Source of the DNA: Vairimorpha necatrix
Lineage: Eukaryota
NCBI GenBank assembly: GCA_036630325.1
Contig: CP142730.1
Location: 1,116,001 to 1,180,000, forward strand
Length of the DNA stretch: 64,000 bases
Reading direction: 5' to 3'
Made by a program: the position numbers and the translations under genes. The notes beneath the pieces are model-generated. The model was given only the letters and a program-made list of their open reading frames with translations. It made no database searches and was not told the origin of the DNA. Positions 12,335 to 22,742 of the stretch are shown here, piece after piece. The stretch's first letter is position 1, and every line of letters begins with the position of its first letter.

Positions 12335-12874
12335 ATGAGGACTATCAAGCTGGTCTTTGTAGGGGACAATTCTGTAGGGAAGACTTGGCTTATTCGGACA
12401 TATTTGAGCAATGAGACGCCAAGTGGATATGTCAGCACAATCTTCGACAACTTCGGGACAAGAATCCAGTACAAAGAAGAATATTATATGTTAAGCATCC
12501 ACGACACAGCAGGGGTCAGTGAATGGAGCAAGACCAACACTCTGTCTCATCAGCAGACAGACGTCTTTATCGTCTGTTTCTCTGTAGACGACACTGACAC
12601 ATTTAATAATGCAGTCAAGTTTGTAGACAAATTGAGGCGATATGATGTCCCAATAATCTTGTGCGCTACTAAGGCCGACTTGAGAGATAGTCGAGTAGTA
12701 GACGCGAGTGTGTCTAATCATTCGGCCGCGAGACTGGGGTGTTATGATTATATTGAGACATCATCTGTAGACTTCAAAAATGTACGGAGGGTATTTGACA
12801 CGGCATGTGAAGCGGCCATAGAGCCTAAGGATTATGGGACAAGTAAATGTTGTGGAATATTTTATTGTTGTTAA
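12335..12874 (+). CDS. Rho-family small GTPase (atypical)
   Basis: Motifs GDNSVGKT, YVSTIFDNF, DTAG, TKAD, ETSS; C-terminal cysteines. Confidence 0.9.
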   Translation: MRTIKLVFVGDNSVGKTWLIRTYLSNETPSGYVSTIFDNFGTRIQYKEEYYMLSIHDTAGVSEWSKTNTLSHQQTDVFIVCFSVDDTDTFNNAVKFVDKLRRYDVPIILCATKADLRDSRVVDASVSNHSAARLGCYDYIETSSVDFKNVRRVFDTACEAAIEPKDYGTSKCCGIFYCC

Positions 12875-13026
12875 ATAAATAAAAATTGATGTATTTTTAT
12901 ATGTATTTTATAATTATATGATAAATGCAATTGTATTCTGTTTTTATATGTAATGATTTATATTGTATTTAACATTATTAGCATAGAATTTACTAGCTAA
13001 ATTTCTAAGTTGTAAATAAATTTTTA

Positions 13027-14337
13027 TTATAATTTTATATTAAACTTCTTCATGATTTCTACAATCCACTCAGGTATAACTTTGTATTTTTTATTCATAT
13101 ATTCCTTTATAAATTCGGGATATTTATCTTCCAAAATGGCCTCTCTAATTCTCTTGGTCAGATTTCTCATGTAATATAAATTGTGCTCAGTAGCCAACAT
13201 ACAGAAATTTGTAGTACCTTTTATTAGGCTTAAATAAGCATACGAATAATTTGTACACGTAGAACATCCACACTCTTCATTCTTATTAATTTCATATTGT
13301 AATTTATTATTGATTAATATATCTCCTTTATCGCTGAACAGTCTGCCGAATCGCGCCGTCCTTGTCGGGTACACGCAGTCTGACATGTCTGTGCCTAAGG
13401 AGACACACACTACAATGTCCTCGGGGTAGCCGACGCCCATGATGTATCTCGGAATATTGTCAGGGAGATTATTAGTGCAGTATAAAACAGTACGAGCAAA
13501 TTCACTCTTTTCTTCGCCGCCACTCAACCCGCCTATGGCTAAACCTTTGGGCTTTCTTTTGAGTATTTCGTCAATACTGTATTGTCTTAATTCTTCTGAG
13601 AGTCCGCCAGTGACTATAGGAAACAAAATCTGCTTACTAGATTTATCTAATTTAATAATTAGATCATTATCTCTTTTTAATCTCTTGGTATTATTTTCTA
13701 TGTTATCTTTTAAATCTACTGTATTCTTATCATTAGAAATGTTATTGTCTTTAACATCTAATTTATTTCTGTCTTTGACATCTAATTTATTATTGTCTTT
13801 GACATCTAATTTATTATTGTCTTTATTAATGTTTTCTTCTTCATCTAATTTATTGTAATATACTTGTTTAATACATCTATCAAGCCATCTTATCGATCTT
13901 TTACTTGCAACTTCTATCTTTTCTATATCATCATTAGGATTAACTACCTCATCTAATTGCATTATAATATCTGCACCTAATGTAATTTGTATATCCATAC
14001 TTTCTTCAGGCGTAAACATCTTATCAAAAAATTTTACACCTTCTTCTTCTACTACAACATCCGGCAAACTGCCAATCTGGAAGCCGCCACTATCAGTGAG
14101 CATATTCTGTTTATACTTCATAAAATTTTTAATATTTTTTCCCAGATTTCTGAGATGATAAGTGTTGGATAAAATCATGTTTTCTTTTATATTGTCAACT
14201 GTGACTGCTTTCATTGCGCCGTATGTTCCGACGGGCATGAAAATGGGAAGGGAGAGTGAAGAATTTGATAATTGAAGAGATGAGACACGGGCATTTGTAG
14301 TAGAACACTTTTTTATAATCTCGAACTTGCCGAACAT
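13027..14337 (-). CDS. tgt: Queuine tRNA-ribosyltransferase, eukaryote-type catalytic subunit
   Basis: Motifs FMPVGT, NTYHL, TDSGGFQ, LDEVV, GGLSGGE, YIMGVG, DCVYPTRTARFG and the CxCxxC...H zinc site. Start placed at CCC-ATG 14337 (ORF track 14421). Confidence 0.95.
   Translation of the reverse strand: MFGKFEIIKKCSTTNARVSSLQLSNSSLSLPIFMPVGTYGAMKAVTVDNIKENMILSNTYHLRNLGKNIKNFMKYKQNMLTDSGGFQIGSLPDVVVEEEGVKFFDKMFTPEESMDIQITLGADIIMQLDEVVNPNDDIEKIEVASKRSIRWLDRCIKQVYYNKLDEEENINKDNNKLDVKDNNKLDVKDRNKLDVKDNNISNDKNTVDLKDNIENNTKRLKRDNDLIIKLDKSSKQILFPIVTGGLSEELRQYSIDEILKRKPKGLAIGGLSGGEEKSEFARTVLYCTNNLPDNIPRYIMGVGYPEDIVVCVSLGTDMSDCVYPTRTARFGRLFSDKGDILINNKLQYEINKNEECGCSTCTNYSYAYLSLIKGTTNFCMLATEHNLYYMRNLTKRIREAILEDKYPEFIKEYMNKKYKVIPEWIVEIMKKFNIKL
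13741..13824 (-). repeat. 24-nt coding tandem repeat x3 (NNKLDVKD) inside tgt
   Basis: TTATTGTCTTTGACATCTAATTTA-like units. Confidence 0.85.
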
Positions 14338-14529
14338 GGGTTGAAAAATAAATATATTATAAATTTGTGCAATTTTTGGAATTTTTATATTTTGTTCGTT
14401 ATTAATTTTAAGATTTTTCATATACCGTTATTAATATAAATTTATTAAGATTTTTCTTACTATAAAATGCCCCCAATTTTAGACAATATAGAAATATTAA
14501 TGTTTTTTTAGTTTTTCCTTCCCCTTCTA

Positions 14530-14970
14530 ATGGATGGATACGCGTCTTGTAAAATTGTTATTGGCACAAAAGCCACAAAAAAGAAAATCCCGAATTCAGA
14601 CATCACACATGAATGGATGGTCTACGTAAAAGCGCCCAAAAACATTATAAAAAATGTACAGTACAAACTGCACGATACATTCACGCCCAACACAGTGATT
14701 AAAGAATACCCTTTTGAACATGTTGAACATGGGTGGGGCGAGTTTACGATACAAATAAAAATTTTATTGTTTAATGATGACCGACTTTTGACTAGTCATT
14801 TCTTGAAATTGCACGGGGAAGGAGATGTTGTAATAAATGAGACTATTGATGAGATAGCGTATAAAGGATTGGGGACTGAGTATAGTGTAACAAAAGAAGA
14901 AGAAGAGGAATATCAGAAGATTGATAAAGGAATAGAATACATGTTAAAGCTACTTGGGGAATATGATTGA
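14530..14970 (+). CDS. YEATS-domain protein (Yaf9/Taf14 family)
   Basis: Motifs THEWMVYV, KLHDTF, PFEHVEHGWGEF, HFLKLH. Confidence 0.92.
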   Translation: MDGYASCKIVIGTKATKKKIPNSDITHEWMVYVKAPKNIIKNVQYKLHDTFTPNTVIKEYPFEHVEHGWGEFTIQIKILLFNDDRLLTSHFLKLHGEGDVVINETIDEIAYKGLGTEYSVTKEEEEEYQKIDKGIEYMLKLLGEYD

Positions 14971-15127
14971 TATTTCAATAGAAAAGAAAATTGGAAATGT
15001 GTAATATTAAATTAATTTGAAAAAAATATTAAAGGGGATATTTGTTTATTTAATACAAACTTATACAAAACTAATATAAAAAAAATTGCATACATAAATA
15101 CTAGTTTACCTAATACAAAATAATATT

Positions 15128-15226
15128 AAAACATATATAAAAAAAAATTCAATAAAAATTAGTTTATTTAATACAAAACATATATAAAAAAAAATTCAAT
15201 AAAAATTAGTTTATTTAATACAAAAC
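15128..15226. repeat. About 47-bp AT-rich tandem duplication
   Basis: AAAACATATATAAAAAAAAATTCAATAAAAATTAGTTTATTTAATAC occurs twice. Confidence 0.8.
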
Positions 15227-15262
15227 TGATATAAAAATTTTTAAAATAAAATTTTTATTTTT

Positions 15263-16600
15263 TTATCTTTTATATAAATGCTCATTAAATAATATTTCTA
15301 AATCTCTAAACTTCCTATATTTATATTCCGAAGTTGTCCTTAATCTATAAATCATTTTTTTTGCTTCTTTTTCTCTACTATAAAAAGTTACAAGTGAAGT
15401 TATTGTAAATCTTGAAGGTTCTTTATAATTTTTAATATTCATTATATGTCTCATAGACACCGATGAACACTTAAATTCTGGATTATTATAATCCATATCT
15501 GCTAGATTTACTAACACGTCATTCTCTTTATAATTCGGTGGTACCATTTTCCACTCATTCTCATCATACAAATCTTTGGGAGTTTTCCCTTGTTTATTTT
15601 TTATATTGACGTCGCCTTTGGATCTAATTAATATTTCTAATACTTTGTAACTCTTACACCGTGCTGCTATGTGCAAAGGCGTGTCTCCATTTTCGTCTTG
15701 TAAATTACAATCTATTTTTACCATTATAGATGTTACAGCATGATTTATATCGTCAAGATAGGCAGAAACGTGTAATGGCGACATTTTACAGAATTTCTGT
15801 ATGATATCTATAGAAAAAACTGCTAGTACTTCCATAACTTCGAATGTGGAATTTACTACAAAACAGCACTTAGAATAATTTATTAAACCTTTGTCTTCTT
15901 GAAGAAGTTTCTTGACCATTTCTGTATTATTTTCCATACAATAGAGGTCTAATAAAAATATAGGATTTTCTTCATTATTGATTATTTTTACTAAATTAAA
16001 TTGATTTAACAATTTATATTGTGTTGTAGTAAGAAAAGACCATTCTTGTTTGTCGTATAAAAAAAGATTTTTAGAAATACAAAGCATTTGTGGTGTCAAT
16101 CCGTTGTAGCTGAGACTGTATGATGGATTGAAATCCATCATAAGTCGCCATATCTCGTCACTTAGTACACAACTTAGTTGGAAATAAGTCGGCGACAGAT
16201 CACTAGCAAATGTCGAGTCGTTTATATTACTAGGAAATCCTTTTTTTAGGAATTCGTAGACGATTTCCGGTCTTTTTTTTAATAAAGCGAGTAAAAAAAT
16301 AAAATTTTGTAAATTGTAGAAACCTGTTTCTGAAGGTATAGGAAGTTTATAAGGGGTATTGTCTAAGAGAGAAATTTTTAGTAAATGTAGTGCATGTCTT
16401 TTATAAGTGAGTTTTGGTTTTTTATAATCTGTTTTTTCTTTTTTTTCGTTTTTTTGGATTTTATTACATTTGTAGTGTTGAGAAAGATAATAAAGATTGA
16501 GAAGGGTCTCTTTTTGGAGATTTGGGTTTGTGTCTTGGAGAATGAAAGTGCAGTATTCAATTTTTGGATTGATAAGTTTCTCGATTTTATTAAAAAACAT
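15263..16600 (-). CDS. Ankyrin-repeat protein
   Basis: Motifs SPLHVSA, GDTPLHIAA, DVNIKNKQGKTP. Start placed at CCCTA-ATG 16600. Confidence 0.88.
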   Translation of the reverse strand: MFFNKIEKLINPKIEYCTFILQDTNPNLQKETLLNLYYLSQHYKCNKIQKNEKKEKTDYKKPKLTYKRHALHLLKISLLDNTPYKLPIPSETGFYNLQNFIFLLALLKKRPEIVYEFLKKGFPSNINDSTFASDLSPTYFQLSCVLSDEIWRLMMDFNPSYSLSYNGLTPQMLCISKNLFLYDKQEWSFLTTTQYKLLNQFNLVKIINNEENPIFLLDLYCMENNTEMVKKLLQEDKGLINYSKCCFVVNSTFEVMEVLAVFSIDIIQKFCKMSPLHVSAYLDDINHAVTSIMVKIDCNLQDENGDTPLHIAARCKSYKVLEILIRSKGDVNIKNKQGKTPKDLYDENEWKMVPPNYKENDVLVNLADMDYNNPEFKCSSVSMRHIMNIKNYKEPSRFTITSLVTFYSREKEAKKMIYRLRTTSEYKYRKFRDLEILFNEHLYKR

Positions 16601-16978
16601 TAGGGACAACAAAAAAATAAAACAATAAATAAGTGATAAAGGAGATCAATAAAATATTATCAAAATATTTATTATGTAGTTTGGTTTTTGTTTTTTTAAA
16701 TGGGCCCAATACCAATCAAAAAAAGATGCGACAATTTGAGACGTTTTTAATATTGTTGTGCACAAAACATTTAGATTTATGTAGTCACACAAATAGTAGG
16801 GCTTATGAAGTTTAAAAGACTCTAACTTTGCTACATAAAGAGCGTTTAGATATTTAGAAATAAGAATGTGAAAGTCTGGACTTCTGCTGCCTACATTCTT
16901 TGTTGTTTTTTTTAAAGACGTGACCTTGTGTTCAAGTCCAATTTTGTGCTATATTTTTATATTTTTCCTACGTAATAA

Positions 16979-17038
16979 TGCTTAGTAATTGTTGCCTCCT
17001 TCCTTGCTCTCCTTTTTTGCACTTCATTTTTGGAGTTT
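16979..17038. mobile_element. Fragment of the TIR of the long-TIR MITE family
   Basis: TGCTTAGTAATTGTTGCCTCCTTCCTTGCTCTCCTTTTTTGCACTTCATTTTTGGAG resembles 20673-20735. Confidence 0.6.
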
Positions 17039-17160
17039 AAATGTCTTTCTCGGGGGACTAAACTTCTCTTTTTTTTCCTCAATTTCGTTCTTTTTTTTTT
17101 TCTTACTTATACACTGGCTTTTAGTAATAAGCTTGTCTTTCTTTTTTTTTCTAGATACAT

Positions 17161-17810
17161 CTTAGTTTTGCCTTTCCAGTCTTCTTCATAAGAATATTCG
17201 TTTTAGCTCTTCGTTTCTGCTTTTGATTTATGCTGATTTTTTTTCTTTACCCATTAATAAAGAAAATGATTTGCTCTTCATGTTTAGTAATCTTGAGATG
17301 GCTTACAATCCCGAGTCCCCTAATTACAAATTTAAATTTGTTTTTTATAATAAAGTCTCTTCTCCCTTTCTCAAGCCTGTAGATTTCCCTGATGATCTCT
17401 GGTTTAATGCTCTGAAAAAGGACAATACATTAATGCCTGTCTTATTGAAAGGGAAGGAGATAGAATTGAGAAGAAAGAATCAGTTAGATACACTGAGTAA
17501 TCTAAATATGTCTTATTCCTTCTTACAAAGCAGGATAGATGAGTTAAAGCTCAAGTCCGAGAGGATAAGAAGCAAGTTACAAAATTCTCTTGTAGCGTAC
17601 AGGATACTTGTCTACAATAAATGTAGGCTTAAGAAGGAATAATTGTAGTCATATGAATGATATTGACAAGATCAATACGGAGATAGAGAAAGAAGAATAA
17701 AGTATTTAATTAGAAATAATAGGAAATTTGCTTAAATTGATCTGTAAGATAAATGAATATTTGTATGAACACGAGAGGAAGATTTGTATATTTCAAACTA
17801 TAAATAAAAT
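17161..17810 (+). pseudogene. Pseudogenised duplicate of the Nup54/Nup57-like gene and its upstream region
   Basis: Closely similar to 27455-28149, but CCC-ATG has become CCC-ATT (17253), with an internal deletion, a premature stop at 17642 and further 3' deletions. Confidence 0.85.
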
Positions 17811-18829
17811 ATAATAATATCATCGAAGGCGAGGATGGAATCAGTAATATGCGACAGAAGAAGAATAAATAAAGACACAACCCCTGCTTGGCTGCGTAGA
17901 CAACTGCTTTTGAAGAAGTGCATGTTGAGGAAAATGCTAATAAAATTTGAAACAAGAACCAAATAAAAAGATAGTTAGAACATGTGAAGATCTGATTTAT
18001 TTGAATCCAACTTGAAATGTTCGTCCTTAAGTCATTGGCTAAAGGTGCTAATAGACCCCCCCTCCGAGGGTGTACACTTTATTTTTTAAAACCATAAAAA
18101 CGAAGTGTAAAATAAAGGAGGAGCAGGAAGGGGACAAAAATTACTAAGCACTTATGACATTAAAAATAACAAATAAATATATTTTTATGTACACAATTAT
18201 ATTTTAATACAAGTTTGTATATTCATTTAGATTCATAAGCATTTTTTACCCTTCTGATTTTTTAGAATTGGGGACCAAAACGCCCCCTCTTAGGGTGTTC
18301 ACTTTATTTTTTCGAACCCCAAAACAAAGTGCAAAATAAAGGAGAAGCAATCATTAGCATCTAAATTAGTTGCATCTTTAAACATAAAAAATACCAAATA
18401 AATATACATTTGCGTACGAAATTTAATTTAAAAAAAGATTATAACCATAAAACTATATAATTCTAAATAACTTAACATATTTAAATTAAATTTTTTGATT
18501 TAACAATCTGTATAGATCGTTGAACATTTATTTAAATTTTCTTATATAAATAATATTTATAATTTAATTGTTGGTTTATTATTGTTAAAGACAATTGTAA
18601 GTTAAGGATTAAATTTATTAAATCTATATTCTCAACATCCCCGCGCTAAATTTAGAATTGGGCGATAAAAAAACTTTACTACTTCCTACGTCTACTACTG
18701 GTCTCTCAAAATAAAAGTGCATTTTTATATTAACTGACCATGGGCTGCGCTTTACTCTACCGCGTCATACAATCCCTTCTAATATTGGTCTTCTAGGTAC
18801 TTTCTTTCCCTGTTTTAATACATAAAGTT

Positions 18830-19987
18830 GGCCCTACTAGGAAAATCGACCCCCCAAAAAAATAAATATTTATTGAAAAACCAAACATTTTTCTAGAAGT
18901 AAAGCAAAAGCATGAGGAATTGAATATTTTTTTTTATATTGGCAATGTCTTTTACGCCAAGAAAGTTCTTCTAAAAATTTTGAGATACGATTATGGTTTA
19001 ACCCACTTCTTTTTCTATAATCGTGTTTTAAGTGGGACCAGAAATTTTCAATCTGGTTTGGATGACCACCCTCTCCATTAACAAATCCCTTACTATGATT
19101 TACTATTTCATGCACTGATCCAAAATTAGCCACAGCTTTAGGATATGATGGATATCCATCAGTAACAATAATAGTTCCTGGAAGTATATATTTTTTAAAC
19201 TCTTCTAATAGAGTTTCATGTTTTTTATTAGGAATTAATGAAACAAAAAAATTCGTTCCTTCACCTTCTATAACTCCTCCAAGTATCCATTGTATACTTT
19301 GAGTATCGTCTTGTATAGACGATGGATTATCAATCACTAGACCATTGCATATGGCCGTTTCATCAATTTGAATGTGTGTATTTTCTCCACCTATCTTTTC
19401 AATTCTAAGGAAGTCTCACTTATAATATTCATTAATACATTTTTAAATTCAATGTATGTGGACTCGGCTATCTGACAAAAATTAATAGCCTGATAATTGG
19501 TGTATGAAAAGACCCAACAATACAAGCCCCTTAGAATCTTCTTTTATTCTATATTCGATTTAAAAAATTTGGTGCTTTTTTTAAGGAGCACTTTCTTTTA
19601 CATTTTTTACTTGGGCATTTGTACCCTTTCCCATCAATAGAGGAAGCTGTTTTAATTATTTTCATGTTTCTTATACAAGTATTAGATACACATGGCATAA
19701 CAGGTTTTATTACACCCACTTCTAACAAAAGTGTAATTGCCGTGTCATTATCTTGGAATATAGGATTCTAAGGATCAAGTTCTCCTACCTTTTCTAAAAT
19801 TCCTTCTACTAGCATAATGGGTAAGAAAATGGAAAAAAAAATAAAAAATACCATAGCTTGGAAAATCGACCCTTTAGAAAAAAAAAATAGACAATAGAGT
19901 AAAAAATCGAGAGATTTTTTGATTTTATAGAAGTGATATTTTTTTATACTGTTTTAAGTAGAGGGGGTCGATTTTCCTAGTAGTGCC
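18830..19987 (-). mobile_element. Merlin (IS1595/IS1016-like) transposon with a disrupted transposase
   Basis: TIR GGC(C/A)CTACTAGGAAAATCGACCCC; TSD ATAAAGTT/ATAAAGTC. Confidence 0.92.
18870..19815 (-). pseudogene. Merlin DDE transposase, frameshifted
   Basis: Motifs KIGGENTHIQIDETA, IVTDGYPSY, HEIVNHS, HPNQIENFWSHLK. The 5' part has stops and frameshifts. Confidence 0.9.
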
Positions 19988-21010
19988 ATAAAGTCTATGG
20001 GCATGTGATTATTCTTTACACATGTCTTCCCATCAATGAAATCGAATTTTTTCCGTCTATCTCATTCTTCGACTATAACACAGTTTCTTTTCGATTTTCT
20101 TCTCTTTTTAAATCTCTCTGGATTTTTGAACACTATTGATTCAGCTATCTTGCCACGATAGCTTAAATGTGAATAGTGGAATTAACACTACACTCAATCT
20201 CGACAACTCTTATGTAGATCTTATTACAGTCAATACTGTTTCTCCATAGCTCTTTATAGCTACTTTACGTCTTCACCTATCCGGGTCCCTCGACTGATGC
20301 AAGCCATCACCTTCTCTTCTGTTAGACAACCAACCATCCCCATTCTAACCTAGACTGCATTTTTTACGTCTCATGCTTCGACGGAACTTACGACCTCTTC
20401 TTTTGTTTTTTGTTTGGGTTCAATAATTTTATTCTCCACCATGTTAAAGACAATTGTAATTTAAGGGTTAAATTTATTAAATCTATATTCTCAACAATTA
20501 TAAAGTAGATTTTTGAAGAAAATCTCTTTTTATAATAAACCAAAAATTAAAAAAACTTGAAAAAATAAGAAGGGCAAAAAAGATATAATACTTTAAATGA
20601 TTTTTATAATTAAATTTAAAATTAATTTTCGTATCTAAGCATATATTTATTTGTTATTTTTAATGTAAAAAGTGCTTAGTAATTTTTGTCCCCTTCCTGT
20701 TCCTCCTTTATTTCGCACTTCGTTTTTGGGGTTCGAAAAACTAAAGTGTACACCCTTGGAGGGGGGGGGGGCCTTGGATCCTAGCTCCAAGTCATTATAA
20801 CCCGACCCATTAAATTCTAATATTAAAATATTTGATAATTTTTTAAAAAATTCTTGTATTTTTGTTATTTTCATTAAAAAAACGATATTTTAGATTTTAA
20901 ACATCATGTATTAGCTAAATGTTTTATTTTGATTATAAATACTAACAAATTTTTCTTCATGTCCTCTGTAATAAAGTTTTTTTTTAAAATGAAAGAACAT
21001 AAATCAAAAT

Positions 21011-22742
21011 GGGTACCCGTAAATTCGCCTACAGGCGAATTTACGGTTTTTCGCCAAAAGTTCAAAAATGGTTGTTTTCGCCAAAAATTTTGCCCATAAA
21101 AATTTTCCTTTTTTTTCGCCGAAAATCTACCCTTAAAAAAATGAACGACAACTTTGAAATTTTTAAAGGTCAACGTGGAGGGCAAAATCTTATCTATGAA
21201 GATCAGATATACACTTTAGACTACAATAAGGACGGAACTAGGCGATGGAGGTGCAGTAATAGGTCTTGTAGAGGAGCCATTACAATGAATGAACAAAACG
21301 AAATCGTTAAAAAAGTTATTCATTCACATGAACCAGTACCTGAGAAATGCATGTTTAAAAGAACTATCAAAAAAATAAAAGAACAAGTTGCTACAAGTAA
21401 TGAAAACTCAATAGAAATAATAAAAAAACAACTACCAGCATTGTCAACCAGCTTAGATATTACTAAAATGCCTTCCATAGAATATTTAAGAGATACAATC
21501 AAACGAACAAGAAATTCAAGACTCGGATTTATAACTGGTTGCATTATGGATATACCCGAAGTCTTGCAAGTAGATTCTAAAAAAAATCGTTTTCTTAGAT
21601 TTGATAGTGGTATGCAGGATAATAATAGATTTATAATATTTTTTTCAGAATTCAAAAAAAGTATGATTGAAAAAATAGATACGTTCGTTGTCGATGGAAC
21701 GTTTAAATCTTCTCCTCAAGGATTTTACCAAATTGTCGTCTTTCATGGACATATATTTGGCAAAAGTTTTCCATACATTTATATTCTACTCAAGGGAAAA
21801 AGTGAAAGGTCATATTCTAGAGCCTTCGATAAATGCAAGGAATTAGTTATTATGAATGTTAAGAACTTTGTGACTGATTTTGAGAGAGGATTGGTCAATG
21901 CATTACGAATATCTTTCCCTGGAGCAAACTGTAATGGATGCTTGTTTCATCTTGGGCAGGCAGCCTATAAAAGAGTCGGGGCAATGGGGAACATAGAAAA
22001 GTTTAAAAACGATTCTAACTATAATCTAGTATTCAAAAAGATTCTTCGATTAGCTTTTGTGCCAATACGAGATGTTCCGGTTTTTTATAATGATATTAAG
22101 AAATTTATACAAGATAATTCAATTACAACCACAGCTAACTTTCAGTTATACTTTGAAAATAATTATTTAGTTTCCCATGTAACAAGAGAAGATAATGGTG
22201 GGAGAGCTGTCGCCAATATAAATTTTTGGAATGTATTTGATAGGGTAAAAAATGAAATTCCTCGGACTTCTAACAATGCAGAAAGCTGGAATAGAACCAT
22301 AAACAAGAGGATGGAGACAAGAAATCCAAATATCGCTTTTTTTCTTTCAAGAATACTCGATTGTGAAGAAATGGATATATATAATCTAAAACGTTATAAA
22401 AAAGGATTATTTGAAGCTAAAAAAACCCAAAAAGCGGAGGAAAAAATTAGAATAATCGTTAAAAATTATAAACATTATTCTCGTGAAGAGTACATGAATG
22501 CTTTACTGCAACACGTGAATTTCAAATGCGAATAAGTTAATTCAATAAACCTATTTTTATTATAAATGCTTTTTTTATAACCAATAAATTTTAATTAAAA
22601 TTATAATAAAGCTTTTCAAATCTTTTATTTCTTTCTTAATACCAATAAATTTTTTTTTGTATTTTTTTTTGGCGAAAAACGAGCAAATTTTAATTTTTGG
22701 CGAAAAACCGTAAATTCGCCTACAGGCGAATTTACGGTTATC
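21011..22742 (+). mobile_element. Mutator-like (MULE) transposon
   Basis: TIRs carry the palindrome CCGTAAATTCGCCT-AC-AGGCGAATTTACGG plus TTTTCGCCAAAA repeats. Intact transposase. No TSD found. Confidence 0.85.
21141..22535 (+). CDS. MULE transposase with a FLYWCH zinc finger
   Basis: Motifs WRC..RSC...HSH, VVDGTF, VTDFE, CLFH, RTSNNAESWN. Start follows CCCTTAAAAAA. Confidence 0.93.
   Translation: MNDNFEIFKGQRGGQNLIYEDQIYTLDYNKDGTRRWRCSNRSCRGAITMNEQNEIVKKVIHSHEPVPEKCMFKRTIKKIKEQVATSNENSIEIIKKQLPALSTSLDITKMPSIEYLRDTIKRTRNSRLGFITGCIMDIPEVLQVDSKKNRFLRFDSGMQDNNRFIIFFSEFKKSMIEKIDTFVVDGTFKSSPQGFYQIVVFHGHIFGKSFPYIYILLKGKSERSYSRAFDKCKELVIMNVKNFVTDFERGLVNALRISFPGANCNGCLFHLGQAAYKRVGAMGNIEKFKNDSNYNLVFKKILRLAFVPIRDVPVFYNDIKKFIQDNSITTTANFQLYFENNYLVSHVTREDNGGRAVANINFWNVFDRVKNEIPRTSNNAESWNRTINKRMETRNPNIAFFLSRILDCEEMDIYNLKRYKKGLFEAKKTQKAEEKIRIIVKNYKHYSREEYMNALLQHVNFKCE

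Larger units (their letters stand above)
18583..20496 (-). mobile_element. Non-autonomous LTR retroelement (TRIM-like) with 55-bp LTRs
   Basis: TG...CA repeats at 18583-18637 and 20442-20496 (2 mismatches), 5-bp TSD ATTAT, PBS TGGTGGAGAAT on the minus strand (20431-20441), purine-rich AGCGCGGGGA before the 3' LTR. Confidence 0.88.
18037..20788. mobile_element. Long-TIR MITE interrupted by nested insertions
   Basis: GG...CC termini, about 150-bp imperfect TIRs, 8-bp TSD AAGTCATT at 18029-18036 and 20789-20796. Homologous to the uninterrupted copy at 50261-51099. Confidence 0.88.

Noticed and set aside
13439-13858. Antisense ORFs over real genes (also 10877, 12491, 21320, 28410, 30468, 33695, 35147, 44581, 55440, 61432)
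   Set aside because: These are shadow frames of well-supported opposite-strand CDSs.
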